64,000 bases of DNA from Pelomyxa schiedti. Lineage: Eukaryota > Protista > Evosea. A model generated the notes under the pieces. It ran no database searches. It saw nothing but the letters and a program-made list of their open reading frames with translations, and had not been told where the DNA came from. Of this stretch, positions 37,022-48,708 are shown in pieces. The stretch spans positions 1-64,000 of the forward strand of contig JAHLWZ010000564.1 of assembly GCA_020536535.1 (NCBI GenBank), written 5' to 3'. Each line of letters opens with the position of its first letter. Positions within the stretch are counted from its first letter, which is position 1. A program made the translations under genes and the position numbers.

Positions 37022-37440
37022 CAGCAACCCACCCCGCCAACAACAGCCACAGTGGCAACAACCACAACCTCCCACAATCACAGACACAAGCACCACCGCA
37101 GCTACGAATCATCTTCCTCCGAGTCACCAATAACAACAACAGCAGCAGCATCCTCAGTCTCCGAGTCGGCGCTGAGGCAACAACAGCGAATCGACCGACA
37201 GCGAGGGATGATGCAGGGGCGCCTCGGGCGTGTGCATCCCACAATGATCGCCGTGATCGTCGGCTTCCTCGATGGTAAAGGCGACTGCACGCCGTGGGGC
37301 ACGAGGGCAGCCCCGTCGGTGTGGTCATCGGCCGGCTGGGGCATGAGATTCGTTGTATGTCCCATAGTTTAGATGTGTCTGTGATTGTGGGAGGTTGTGG
37401 TTGTTGCCACTGTGGCTGTTGTTGGCGGGGTGGGTTGCTG
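37022..37440. repeat. Perfect ~67-bp inverted repeat (37022-37088 vs 37374-37440)
   Basis: Exact reverse complement, joined through a TGTGTCT microhomology. Confidence 0.9.
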
Positions 37441-37554
37441 CTTGGCTTGGGTGGTTTCTGTGCCCAAGAACCTCGGAATGGTTGGTGTTCTTTGTTTGAG
37501 GTTGTTGTTGTTTTGAGAACTTTGGCAGAAGGTGCTTCTTCATTTGCGAGAAGG

Positions 37555-37654
37555 NNNNNNNNNNNNNNNNNNNNNNNNNNNNNNNNNNNNNNNNNNNNNN
37601 NNNNNNNNNNNNNNNNNNNNNNNNNNNNNNNNNNNNNNNNNNNNNNNNNNNNNN
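37555..37654. other. Scaffold gap (100 N)
   Basis: Run of N. Confidence 1.
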
Positions 37655-38064
37655 CTAACACCCTCCTTTAGTGCTTCAAAGTGGAACCTATGCAACCAAA
37701 TGAAACATTTAACACCATTAGGATTTCGATTTCCAACCCGGTCAAACTAAAAAACAACAATGCAAAAAATTCGCCTTTGTTATGCATAAAATGGGTGTTT
37801 CAACCACGGAATTGTGGGTTGTTGTGGTGTCCTACCTGTCATCCGCCATCACCAAAAAACGATTCGATCAAAAAGTTTTTCTGGGGTTGTAAAGTCCAAC
37901 TTGGACCTGGGAGTAGTTTTCAAGACTCATAGCACCAGGTTCTTAACTTCTGTAATGCAATGTGAGTATGGATTGTCAATTTACCTTTCTCTCTGGATTA
38001 GTACCGGGTGCCTCTTCCCCGAAACCCATTCGGCCGTTCTGCTCAGTGTCGTCACATCAAGGCA

Positions 38065-39388
38065 ATGGGGAGACTCATCCCATCATCGCAGCCACAGACC
38101 ACAACCAACAATCCACATAACCAACAACCAGCCCCGCCAACAACAGCCACCGAATCAGTGGCAACGACCACAACCTCCCACAATCACAAACACAAACACA
38201 AGCACCACCACAGCTCCGAATCATCTTCCTCCGATTCGGCGCTGAGGCAACAGCGAATCGACCGACAGCGAGGGATGATGCAGGGGCGCCTCGGGCGTGT
38301 GCATCCCACAATGATCGCCGTGATCGTCGGCTTCCTCGACGGTAAAGGCGACTGCACGCCGTGGGGCACGAGGGCAGCCCCGTCGGTGTGGTCATCGGCC
38401 GGCTGGGGCATGAGATTCGTTGTATGTCCCATAGTTTAGATGTGTCTTCTTTGCATCTGTTATCTTCATCTCATTCTCATTGTTCTATATCAATTACTGG
38501 GTTTTTTTTTTTTTTTTTTTCCCCTCACCACACTATCTCATTGTTATCTTTGAAGTACTGCTATGTGGTTTCTATGCTAACTTTGGAATTTTTTGGCAGG
38601 TGGATGAATGGGGCAATGTGAGTGGCGGAAATAGGAACGAATGCGAAAAAGATGATGTCATAAAGTATTACATTGGAACGTACATTGGCAACCACCTGGA
38701 TGTTTGGAGTAACCACGACGTTCGCTACATTGCCGATTTCGCGGTACGAATCTTCCTGCTTCCTTTCTTATCTACATCATCTCCGAACCTTCTAACAATT
38801 GGCTACTTACACAGCAAGGGCAGTTTGCGAACATCCGCCTTACACACTCCGTTGCGGGATTCGCCAATGCCCGCGGCGTAGCGAGAATACAAGAGATTCC
38901 ATCCACTCGTTCGGCTAGTGCAACATCAGGCAGTGGGTTCTTGCCCCTTGATGTATTTATTGGGTTTGCATCTGGGCACGGCTGCAGTACCGAGTGGAAC
39001 TCGCAACTGTGGACCATTCCTGACTGGGGAATGAAGTTTGTTGTACGTTCCTTCTAAAACAAACACAAACGAAGCGCTTATTTTAACTAAGGTCGACGAG
39101 ACTGGAAATGTAACCGGGGGTAACTTCAATGAAAACAATAAGAAAAGAGAGCTTCAGCTTTACATGGGTACATTCACGCTAAATCCGGATTTCACCTACA
39201 CGATGAATATCAAGAGCAATTTGGATGCTTCATACTCTGCCGTTCTGACTGTATGTTTCCCAACAAGAATTCTCGTCGAAGTAATTCTCCCACAGCCCGG
39301 CATCATGGGACAGGTGACAATAACACATCCCACATCCGGTACATCCTATGCTAGAGGAACCGTGATAATTAAGGAGCTCTTATACTAG
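38065..39388 (+). CDS. Hypothetical protein with an F-box-like motif and an internally duplicated beta-rich domain
   Basis: Exon 1 ends GMRFV at GTATGT (38422) and splices to VDEWGNVSGGNRNE; second repeat VDETGNVTGGNFNE; F-box-like LGRVHPTMIAVIVGFL. Confidence 0.6.
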
Positions 39389-39466
39389 TAAATAACCCTA
39401 AAAAAACTTTTAAATAGCTTTGTTTGCCGGCATAAGAAAACAACAGGTTTTTTTTTTTCCTTTTAT

Positions 39467-42400
39467 CTACGATTCACAATTTTGTGTTGTGTGGCTTGTG
39501 TTTGCGTGATGTGGGGTTGATGGCTTGGATGTAGACATCTGTGACCACTGTGATTGGTTGAATGACAGGTTCTCATGCAGTGTTGCCAGTTTGTGTTTCC
39601 TCTTCATAATTCCCTTACCCATCATCACAGAAGAACTAGAGGAATCCAGAGGATAGGTATCCAATGCAACAGCCTCAGAATCAGGAGCAGCCACATTCAG
39701 CAAGCTTCCTTGCCTTGATGGAACCGGTGTGGTTGTTTCACTGTTATTGTGGCTGTCGTGTGTATGATTGCTGCGGAACTTCAGCTTGCGCCTCTTGTGT
39801 ATGGGAGTAGATGCGCCTCCGCAACCCGTGTGCTGGGAATCAATGTATTTGGACACGGCATCAAGCATGGGTGATACAAAGAACTTGATGAATGCACCTT
39901 GACATGTGGCCACCCTAGTTGAGGTGCGGTCCATGAAAGGTGATTTGCTCAGGTGCTTCTCCTCTTCTTGGTCTCCTTGCCGGTAGAATTCCTGTGTATT
40001 TATGTTTGCGGATGTATGTGAGGTTCATTTTATAAAATGGTTTTGTTTTGTTTTGCTTTGTTTTTGGAGTTTAGTTTAGTACCTCCATGATGAGGTCTGT
40101 CCATATTCTTGCTGTCTCCCAAGGCCGAGTTTGGTTGCTTATATCTGCCATTTTAATCAACATTTGGAACACCAGCGTGAGGTCACCCTGTTACCATCAT
40201 TAGTTCGAGGAACCTTGTGTGAAGGCATACTGTTTTGGAGGTGTCAAAGTCTCCAACTGACAACTTAGATTTGAATTGGCTAAGAATTTCCACGTGCTTG
40301 GCCATACTGAAAGAATTTAGTCCTTGGATTGTTGAATAGGAAAAAATACTCTGTGCCTAACACTATGCTGGTAACCATTTGATGGAACTCCAAAAATTCT
40401 TGCTGTACCGGCCGGTAGTAAGTAGTGAAAAATTTTGGATGAAGAAACCTGCGTAAGGAATGAGAGCCAACCGGACTGAAGAGTAACTTCAAAAGATTCC
40501 TTCACATGCATGTTTTCCAAAACCTGACACACAAATTATGGTAGTATAAACGAAGGATGTTTTACTGATATTCCATTATATGTCAATGCAAGTGGGTCTA
40601 GAATTCGATAAAGGAAATTGTTTCTAATTAATTATTAGAGTGCTTTAGCTATCGCATTCTCACGTTACTCCTGGATGCCCATAATCGTGTATGATAGCCT
40701 TTGTTATTTGAGAGAACGTACACGAGAAAGAACCACCATACTGCAAAGAAGAGTGCTAACAATGAGAGTGCCGGAATTGTATCGTAAATTACAGGGGAGA
40801 AATTCAACAACAGCACGTGAACTGCTTGGACAACATCGGCTGCATGTATCGCATTGTGATATGGATTGCTGATGTATCTTTTGCATTTGTAAATCCCAGT
40901 CTTTTCTAATGGGAGTTGAAACTTGCCCTTTCGATATATCTTCCAACCAGCTTTTGAACAGGTCCTTACTTACACTGAGCCTCGAAAATATGCCATGCGT
41001 TTGCACTATAGGGAGTGTTACCTCAACAAGGACAGTCTCTGTGTTGAAATCGTTAGTACGAGAGATAAAGAAAGGCTGCGGTACCAGGGGTATACTTGAA
41101 AAGGCAGAAGTCCCAGTCATCCAAATTTGACATGGCCATTGGAAAGGCATTGGATGGTCTAAGGAAGAGTCACTATACACTTTGCTACAAAGGTTACTCA
41201 CTCCACAGTGTGAGTTAGTTCTTCCTCTTGTTGGGAATAGGGAGCAATGGCCTCGTGGAGATACTTGTCGACTTCTTCATCTAACCAAATAGGTTACAGA
41301 GAGTAGAAAAAAGGTAAGTCTACCTTGTGCTAGCTTAGCTTTCTTTTCTGCTGTGAAATCAACCCGGTGCAGGCCATTGCATGCTATCAATTGTATTATT
41401 CTATCTAGAACTAACGAGTCTTCTTTGCTTACTCCTTCTCGATGTTAGCAGAGGAAAAAAAAGGGTGAAATTAAACTTCTTTTTGTTTGCATTGCCTTGA
41501 GCTTTTTAATTGCTGCCTCTGCAGGGGTATTCATAAACTTTGTTGACAAGGGTTGAGATAATACAGAAACCTTCAGAAATAAGTGCTCTTGGTTGCAGTT
41601 GTTAATTGCGGATCACACCTTGTTCTTGAAATACTTGATGATTGCAATTAACACAAAGACTGCAACAGTTAGACCCAGGGCAAAAATGCACCCAATACTC
41701 GTTCCAATTTTTAATCCAATCTGCATCTCTGACCACTATTTAGAGCACAACAAGGGAGAGGCTAAGTGCACACTGTAAATAGATATTGGAACAGAAATTC
41801 CTGCCTTGAAGCATAATCCAAATTCAGAAACAGTGTCCTGAACGTCAAATTTAAGAGACCCAGAAAATGGTAGGGCGCTGCCGTAGGTCACAGAAATAAC
41901 AGTGGACTCTGATCCTCCAAGAACAATTGTACCAGATAGGTTACCTTGATGTTGGTCAGAAAGTGGAGGACAGTAAAGTATACCCACAAACAAGTGCAGA
42001 AGAAAAGTTTTCAGACAGATGCAAGGTAACTGGAATTACACCCGTATTTTTAACCTGCAGAAAGAGCTGAACTGGGAGATTGCTTGGTAATACTTCAGCA
42101 TTCAGAACTTCCGGAGTAATGGAAAAATTTCCACCTAAAAACGTGTGGGAAGGGAAACAACGTGGATGAAAAAGAACTTGAAATAATATCACTTGTGGGC
42201 ACAGCTATTACCACAGACCAAGGAAGTAAGTCTAGTGGATATTGAGAGAATATCCACGTAGCATTATCATGGGTAATTGTTCTTGTTTCTGCAGACCCCA
42301 AGTTACTTATCAACTATTATTGGTCAGCAGGAGGAATCAACTTACAAGATACAAACCTCAGAGAAGTCCCAACCTACAGCACTTGAGAGACAAATCTGAC

Positions 42401-43954
42401 TTTTGACGGTTAAATTGAGGTCCGGCCCAAAGAGAAGATCGTAAGCCACGTTACTAGCTGACAAAATACATCCCGCGCTTGATACAAGAAGGTTGAATCC
42501 TTGAGAATGTTAAGCAGGTCAGAGCATTTGTTCGTACCATTGGGGGTGGAGGTAATCGTATCCATAATGAGGTTGCTTGTATCTGCCATAGAAATAGTGG
42601 CTGCCACTGTCCCTCCAAAATCTCCATTTGTGAAGTACAAGGGATGCATGACTTGAATCTGCATGTCTGTACGATGGTAAAGGTATGACTCAAACCAAAA
42701 AAACATAGTACCGTAGAGAGGGTAGTAAGGCTCAGACCAAACTGTCTTCTTTTCTGGGTCATTTTCTGGTTCTACGAGTTCAACAAATGGTGGTCTGTAG
42801 TCAGGGTCCTTCAACATGTTCATTAACGTAGAGTTATACAGAGTCTTCCAGATAGCCCACGGTGTAACAACAGCTCTTAATGAGAAGTTTACAATTTATT
42901 CTATCTGGGAGAAAACGTACTCCATACAGTAGATATTACTTACACCCCACATTCTCGTCATATAATTTAATTGCTTGGAGTTAACATCAGCAATTGCGTC
43001 TATATGCCTTGACAAGGCAAGGATTTTGCTTGTTTCACAATACACAGAACATGGCATTCCGGTATTTGGATCTTTCCGCAAATTATTTCAATAGTCAGGA
43101 GAAAGGAAAACAAACCTGGGTAGTTTTCTTCCACCCATTGTAACCAATAAGGGTTGCAAGCACATGGTTCGGAGCGATTAACAATTTGTGGTTTAAGTGC
43201 TGAACTCCTAATCACAGACTTTTTTGGAGGTTACAATTGGCAGTTAACTCCAAGGAAGTACCTCTAGGTGACGGTCAGGGTCGTCGTCTTCTGCACAACC
43301 AGCAGAAACTAAAAAAAAAGTAAGTCACATTTCCAAACTTACATATGATTTAAAACCTCCATCTTTCACCATAGTCATTTTCTCTACAACCCAACTCTTC
43401 CATAGTAATCTCTCCTCGTCATTTGCATTTTCTTCCAGATATGCAAGTGCAGCGCTCAGTGACTCTGTTTGCTTGCAGAAGTAAGTAAGTAAGGAAATAA
43501 CAATAATAACACCATCGTTTTTTTTTTTTTTGCGATAATAAGCCAAAAGAATTACAAAAAAAAGGAAATTGTGGCAACAACACATTTCACATACATGTTG
43601 AAGTTCGAGGTAAGAGGGTTGTATTTGCATGGCAGTTGATTTCGTGAGGGAAATGACACCCTCTAGTGTACACACATTCCACTCTGTTGACTCTGTCTCC
43701 CCACCACAGACACCTGAAATCACCACAACTCCTATCACTACAACAACTATTTATGTTATTGTGGTTAGTGCTCTCGTTAAAAATTCTGTTAGTGTGCACA
43801 ACGCGAAGGTGTGAATTTCAAAATTTTCGAAAGAACACTAGTTGTGATGATGGGATGGTACGTGCTAACGTTGACACCATTCCCCTGTCTGATGGCCTTA
43901 GGAATGGCCTTTTGGTTTGATCCCTGCTTCTTTTTGATTTTTCCTTGCTTTCAT
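39467..43954 (-). CDS. Membrane-bound class I cyclic nucleotide phosphodiesterase with a Cache-like extracellular region
   Basis: YHNAIHAADV, AIIHDYGHPG, VLENMH, KMADISNQTRPW, EEFYRQGD, SPFMDR...CQGAFIKFFVSP; two TM segments. 5' end approximate. Confidence 0.88.
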
Positions 43955-44259
43955 CGGTTTTTTACCTACTGAGGAAAACGGAGTGTGATGGAGGTGATGG
44001 TGAAATCGCCGAAGATCGAAAAAGTCGAACACGGATCTCCCCCACACGAAAAAATTTCGTGGTGAAGACATTGATGTGTTTGTGTGTTGTTGATGTCACA
44101 GCTTGCACCAGCTGATTCAACCAGCTTCCTTCTTCAGATGTCACCAACCCGTTCACCTGAACCGAGACAAATACTTGTTCCAAGAAGAACCACTGAAGAC
44201 TGAAACGATCGTCATCACAATCTCAGCTTCAATCTGTAAAAAAAAAAAACCATAGCGGC

Positions 44260-44472
44260 GGATGGTGCTCCCACGCCACGGCTGAAAAACGCCGAATTGC
44301 AAGTATCCATCCCACAATTTGTGTTCGACCCCTTCGGGGTGTATGCCCCTTGCACTAGCAATAGCAATTCATGACTGGTTGTGTGGTGGGTTCATTGATA
44401 CCGCACATCATTTACGGCCACTTGGTGTGGAAGCACGTTGCTTCACAACATAGTAGTTGCACGGATTCATCC
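44260..44472 (+). ncRNA. Candidate structured RNA domain 1 (unidentified)
   Basis: Nested helices: 44265-78/44423-36 (13 of 14 paired), 44280-84/44415-19, 44294-300/44364-70, 44380-87/44400-07; UUCG- and GCAA-type loops. Confidence 0.4.
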
Positions 44473-44890
44473 AGGTAAAAAAAAAAACCGGGGGCGAATA
44501 ATATAAACAACCATTACTCCCAAAACCAACACTGTATACACACAGGAAGATGACAATTAAATTCCGCCACACTCATTTTCACTGGTTGGACTCAGGCGAT
44601 GCACGGATGTCCACCTTGCGGCAGGACGCTATAACCTCAACTCACACAGAAAACACAATTCTGCTGGGATCGGATCCGCATCAGACTGCACTCCCGCATT
44701 ACAAGTGACTCTGGTCAAAGACCTCTGGCCTTTTTGTCTCCGCAAAAACCTTAAAACAAACAGCAACCACCCCTTCCCTGCTCTTTCACAGTGGAAAAAA
44801 AAACACTTGGTTTTTGGCAAAAAAAGTGCTGTTTGTACAATTATTTCTGCTGTGGCACTTCGCAAGGATTGGGGGTATTTTGGGGGCTTG

Positions 44891-45212
44891 TGTCTCTCTG
44901 ACCAACAGGCTGCTGGGGGATTCGCACGAGAGTCGAATTGGGGGGGGGGGTGGCTCGAATTGGGGATTGCACTTGATACTCCACGAGAACCCACCCAACA
45001 ACCCCCCATTGGCACCCAGTCCTCCGCGGGGGATTCCCAGCCCAGTTGGGTTTGGTCTGGGAATGTGTTCGGGGTTTCCAAACACCCGCCGCGGTACTTT
45101 GGTGCCAAACTCGAGGGAAGGGTTCTCGTGGGGTTAGCCCAGCCCGGCCAATCTTCCTCTCTTTTGGGGTGTGTGCAATGTGCAGCCACTCGAAATGGTC
45201 ATCACAGAGACA
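44891..45212 (+). ncRNA. Candidate structured RNA domain 2 (long rod with a forked tip, unidentified)
   Basis: At least nine compatible helices, including a 14-bp stem 44979-92/45120-33; strand tentative. Confidence 0.45.
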
Positions 45213-45780
45213 TACTGAACTTGAACCACCGGGGGATGGGAAGGATTTGCCGGAACTCAGTGAAGATGAAGTACAAGTGGGCAAGAGGTTCCGGGAATCA
45301 TCGCGGATCAGGTGAGCAGCTGTGAATTGGTGAGTTGGGAGAAAAAAGCATGCAAGGTGTTCATTGCAATACCTTGCGTCCGGCTGCTGCTGACTCTGGC
45401 TGATTTTTTATTTTGGATATCAAATCAGATGGCTTGCTTTATTCGTCGGTTGTGTCAACAACAAGACTGTTGAGTGGGATGTGAGTTGGGAGAAGACGCA
45501 AAACTGAAGAAGAGACCTGCTGACAACACAACTCGGTGATAATAATTTCGCGGAACGGGTAAAATAAGTTGCCTGCCAATGTATATCATACAATCATCCA
45601 CCACACTCGACGTGGTGTGAATCGCAGATGACCACATGATCACACATGGGAGTGTTGCTATTATTGTCTCTGTGTGCGATATATTAGAACACACGGAATT
45701 CAACGGGAAAAGGGAGCCATACCCTCTCATGATAGCGGCGGCAATTCCTCGATTCCAGCGAAACTAATTTGAATTGACGA

Positions 45781-47953
45781 TCAAGCCATATGTGGTGAGT
45801 CAACGCAGCAGCGTATTGGGAGTCTCAGCACAGCAGGAGTCTCAGCACAGCAGAAATGACGGACTTTGAGTGCGTGTGGGACGGTCGATGGTGTTACATG
45901 TTGGGGTGGTATTACAATGCAAGTGCGGGTGTTTTGGGTCTCTACAAGGTGGTCCCCACCAGCCTGGGGATCCACACTGCTGCTGGCTGCTGCTGTGGCT
46001 GATGCGGGGGGATGTTGGGCCACAAAGAGGACGAAGGCCGCCACGTGGCCGGGGAGACTGGCGCAGCAGCTGCAGTATCAACGGAATCAGCCATTTTGGC
46101 ATCGCGCTGTTGGGCAATCAGTCGCAGCAACCAGGCAGGCTGAACAGGCTCAGGGCGGGGTGGTTGCTGCTGGGGCGGAGTCGGGGGGTTGATGGCCGGC
46201 AACAAAGCTGCTGGTTGGGACGGTGGTAACCCAAACGGGAACCAACCAACGCCAGGTACACTAACACCAACACCAACAGCAGCAGCAGCAGGCTGAACAG
46301 GCCGAGCAGGGCGTGGCGGCTGCTGCTGGGGCGGCTTCGGGGGATTGACGGCCGGCAACAAAGCTGCTGGTTGGGACGGTGGCACCCCGAACGGGAACCA
46401 GCCAACGCCAGGTACACTGACACCAACGCCAGCAGCAGCAGGCTGAACAAGCTCAGGGCGGGGTGCCTGCTGGGGAGGCTTCGGGGGATTTATGGTGGGT
46501 GCTGACGGTGGTAACCCAAACGGGAACCAGCCAACGCCAGGTACACTGATACCAACACCAACAGCATCACCACCAGCAGCAGCGGTACTAGTACTAGTGG
46601 TGCCAGTCCCCGGGGGCTGCCGCTGCTGCTGCCCACTGCTAATCCATGGTTGCGAAGGCATAGGCATCATCGTTATGGGAGCGGCGTCAGCATCAGCAGC
46701 AGGAGATGATGTCACGTGAGGTTGTGGCTGGGTATGCGGCTGCGAATGTGACTGTGACTGTGACTGTGCCGGGCCCTGCGCATCCCAGTCCCAGTCCAGC
46801 GACCCTGGTCTCACAGGGCGGGTCCACGACGTCCTAGTCGTCCCGACAGTAGTAGCCTCGGCGGCGGGGGGGGTCGTTGTCGTCGTCGTCCTTGGTGCCT
46901 GTGGCTGTGCCTGCGACGTCGGGTGCTGCACTCCCCAGTCCCAGTCGAGCGCCCCGGGCAGCGTTGGGCGGGTCCAAGCATCAGATGTCGGGGTCGCAGC
47001 GCTGCTGCTGCTGCTGACTCGGAGGCCATCACCGTCGTCATCAGCTGGAGTGGCTGCACTGGGAGTGCGTCGTGGCTGGGGCGACGGAGAGGCGGAGGAG
47101 AAGGACGAGGAGGATGGGCGAAGCAGGGGAGCGAGGCGTGGCCGGCCCACAATGCGAGAGAACAGCTTCCCATCGCGTTGGAAATCAAATGCAAAGAAAT
47201 TCTCGGGAAGATCAGTCGAGCCGGCCGGTCTGTTCAACTTAGGAACGATGAATGCTACTCTTTGTCGAAAGACCTGTCGTTGGGTATGGATCAGTGAGAT
47301 TACAGCAGGAAGAAACAAAACACAGTCATTTTGTATCACACAACACACACCTCGTAAAGCACGTCAGCCACTGCGCCAGCAACCGACTGGGCTGCAACCA
47401 AGAACAGAGTGTCGGCCAGCCACGGCGGCACGTAGTCGACTTCGCGCCCCGGGGCGCAGAACGACTCGTCGTCGGCGGTGACCCAGTAGCACTCATCAGG
47501 CAAGGCTCGCCACCACCCCGTGCCAGCCCCGCTGCCCACAGATCCAAACGGGTGCGGCACAGCGGCCGATGACGGTGATGAAGATGACGGGGAAGGCGCA
47601 GGCGAAGACAACGACGACGAGGGAGAGGAGGGTGGCGACGATAAGGGCGGCGAGGATGACCACGAGGAGGAGGAGAAGCCAGCAGCGAGGGGGGAGCTCG
47701 TCGGCGTCGAGGAGGAGGAGGAGCGGGGGCGGGGAGTGCCGAGGACGGGGATGTGCTGGTCGTGGTCGGCGTGGTCGTGCAAGTCCAGGAGGGGATGCGT
47801 GGGCCAGACAGGCCAGACACCGAGCGGATCGCGACGGGGAGCACCGATGTACGAGGAGGGGACGCGTGGCTCGGCTGCGAAGCTGCGCGGGGGGGTGGCC
47901 GGAGAGGCGATGTAATCGCGTCTGCTGGTCGTGGCACTAGTACTCGCGGGCAT
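45781..47953 (-). CDS. Hypothetical P/Q/S/T-rich protein with aromatic repeat motifs
   Basis: ORFs 47336-48064 and 45942-47348 can be joined by an intron; repeats VGVxVPGVGWFPFGxPP x3 and WTRPxxPGxLDWDW x2. 3' end uncertain. Confidence 0.55.
46136..46570. repeat. Coding tandem repeat, ~150-bp unit x3
   Basis: CAGGCTGAACA anchors at 46136, 46289 and 46439 (periods 153 and 150 bp, frame-preserving). Confidence 0.85.
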
Positions 47954-48708
47954 GGCCCGGCTGCAAAAAAACGTTAGTCTCGAGACGAGGGAAACACCGC
48001 AAAAATTGTGGAAGAGATGCTCACCGTACGAGGACGGCAATACCCAAAACAGCGATCGTAACAAACACGCTTCCTAAAGCAAACATTGTCGCTTGTACGT
48101 GCGGTAATACGGTATGTAAGAAAACTCAAACTCGAAAAAAAAGCAAAAGTGGTTCGTCTCCTTCAAAATTTCACCTTTTAAATCAAAAAACCAAAAACCA
48201 CAGTTGCACAACGTGAGAATTTACATCCTGATAGATCACTGACACCACCCCCACCTCAGAACAACCTCCGCACCGTGGAGAGAATCATGCCTCTGCACGG
48301 AGTTCCCAATTGTTCCGGCAAGTAACTCTTCAATCACTGCTAGTAGACTAAACTCTTACCAGAAATCATCAATCCGTCGAACTTAGCTTAAGTTGAGCCC
48401 AGTGCTGCGATACAACTGTCACTATGGCAAGATGATGTGGATGCACAGGCACCTGCATCGCCGGAACCATAACAATTCCAGCCACACCCACCATGAGACA
48501 CACTCCCAAATTCAGACTTGGGCTATGTGGACCACATCTTTCTACTGTTGCAGGTATTAGGAGATTGTTGTTTGGGGGCGTGAATGAACCCCAATTCCCA
48601 CTCAGTACCCAATTTCCAATCTGGAAACTGTATTATCACTCTTTTTAGCTTTTTTCATTTCGGCTTTTCGTTTTCGCAATCGTAATTACGAGGTGGTGCG
48701 TGAGTGCA

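Larger units (their letters stand above)
36552..38447. repeat. Two diverged copies of a ~0.8 kb segment (36552-37380 and 37655-38447) flanking a gap
   Basis: Direct alignment; both copies carry NBR1 exon 1, the shared promoter region and exon 1 of the divergent gene. Confidence 0.9.

Noticed and set aside
44468-44482. U1 snRNA 5' end on the minus strand (TTACCTGG)
   Set aside because: No U1-70K loop or U1A stem-loop, and no Sm site at U1 spacing.
44440-44510. HDV-like ribozyme suggested by CATCC-AGG...GCGAAT
   Set aside because: No valid P3/L3/P1.1 can be built and P2 is mismatched.
44655-44695. Group I intron P/Q/R-like words (TGCTGGGA, ATCCGCA, TCAGACTG)
   Set aside because: Spacing leaves no P6/P3 and there is no convincing S element.
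45820-45853. 17-bp tandem duplication GAGTCTCAGCACAGCAG as a transposon footprint or CRISPR repeat
   Set aside because: Two adjacent copies with no spacer and no element; simple slippage suffices. No CRISPR array or transposase seen anywhere in the window.
48500-48525. RNase P CR-V-like AAATTCAGACT
   Set aside because: No matching CR-I (GGAAxGTCTG) upstream.
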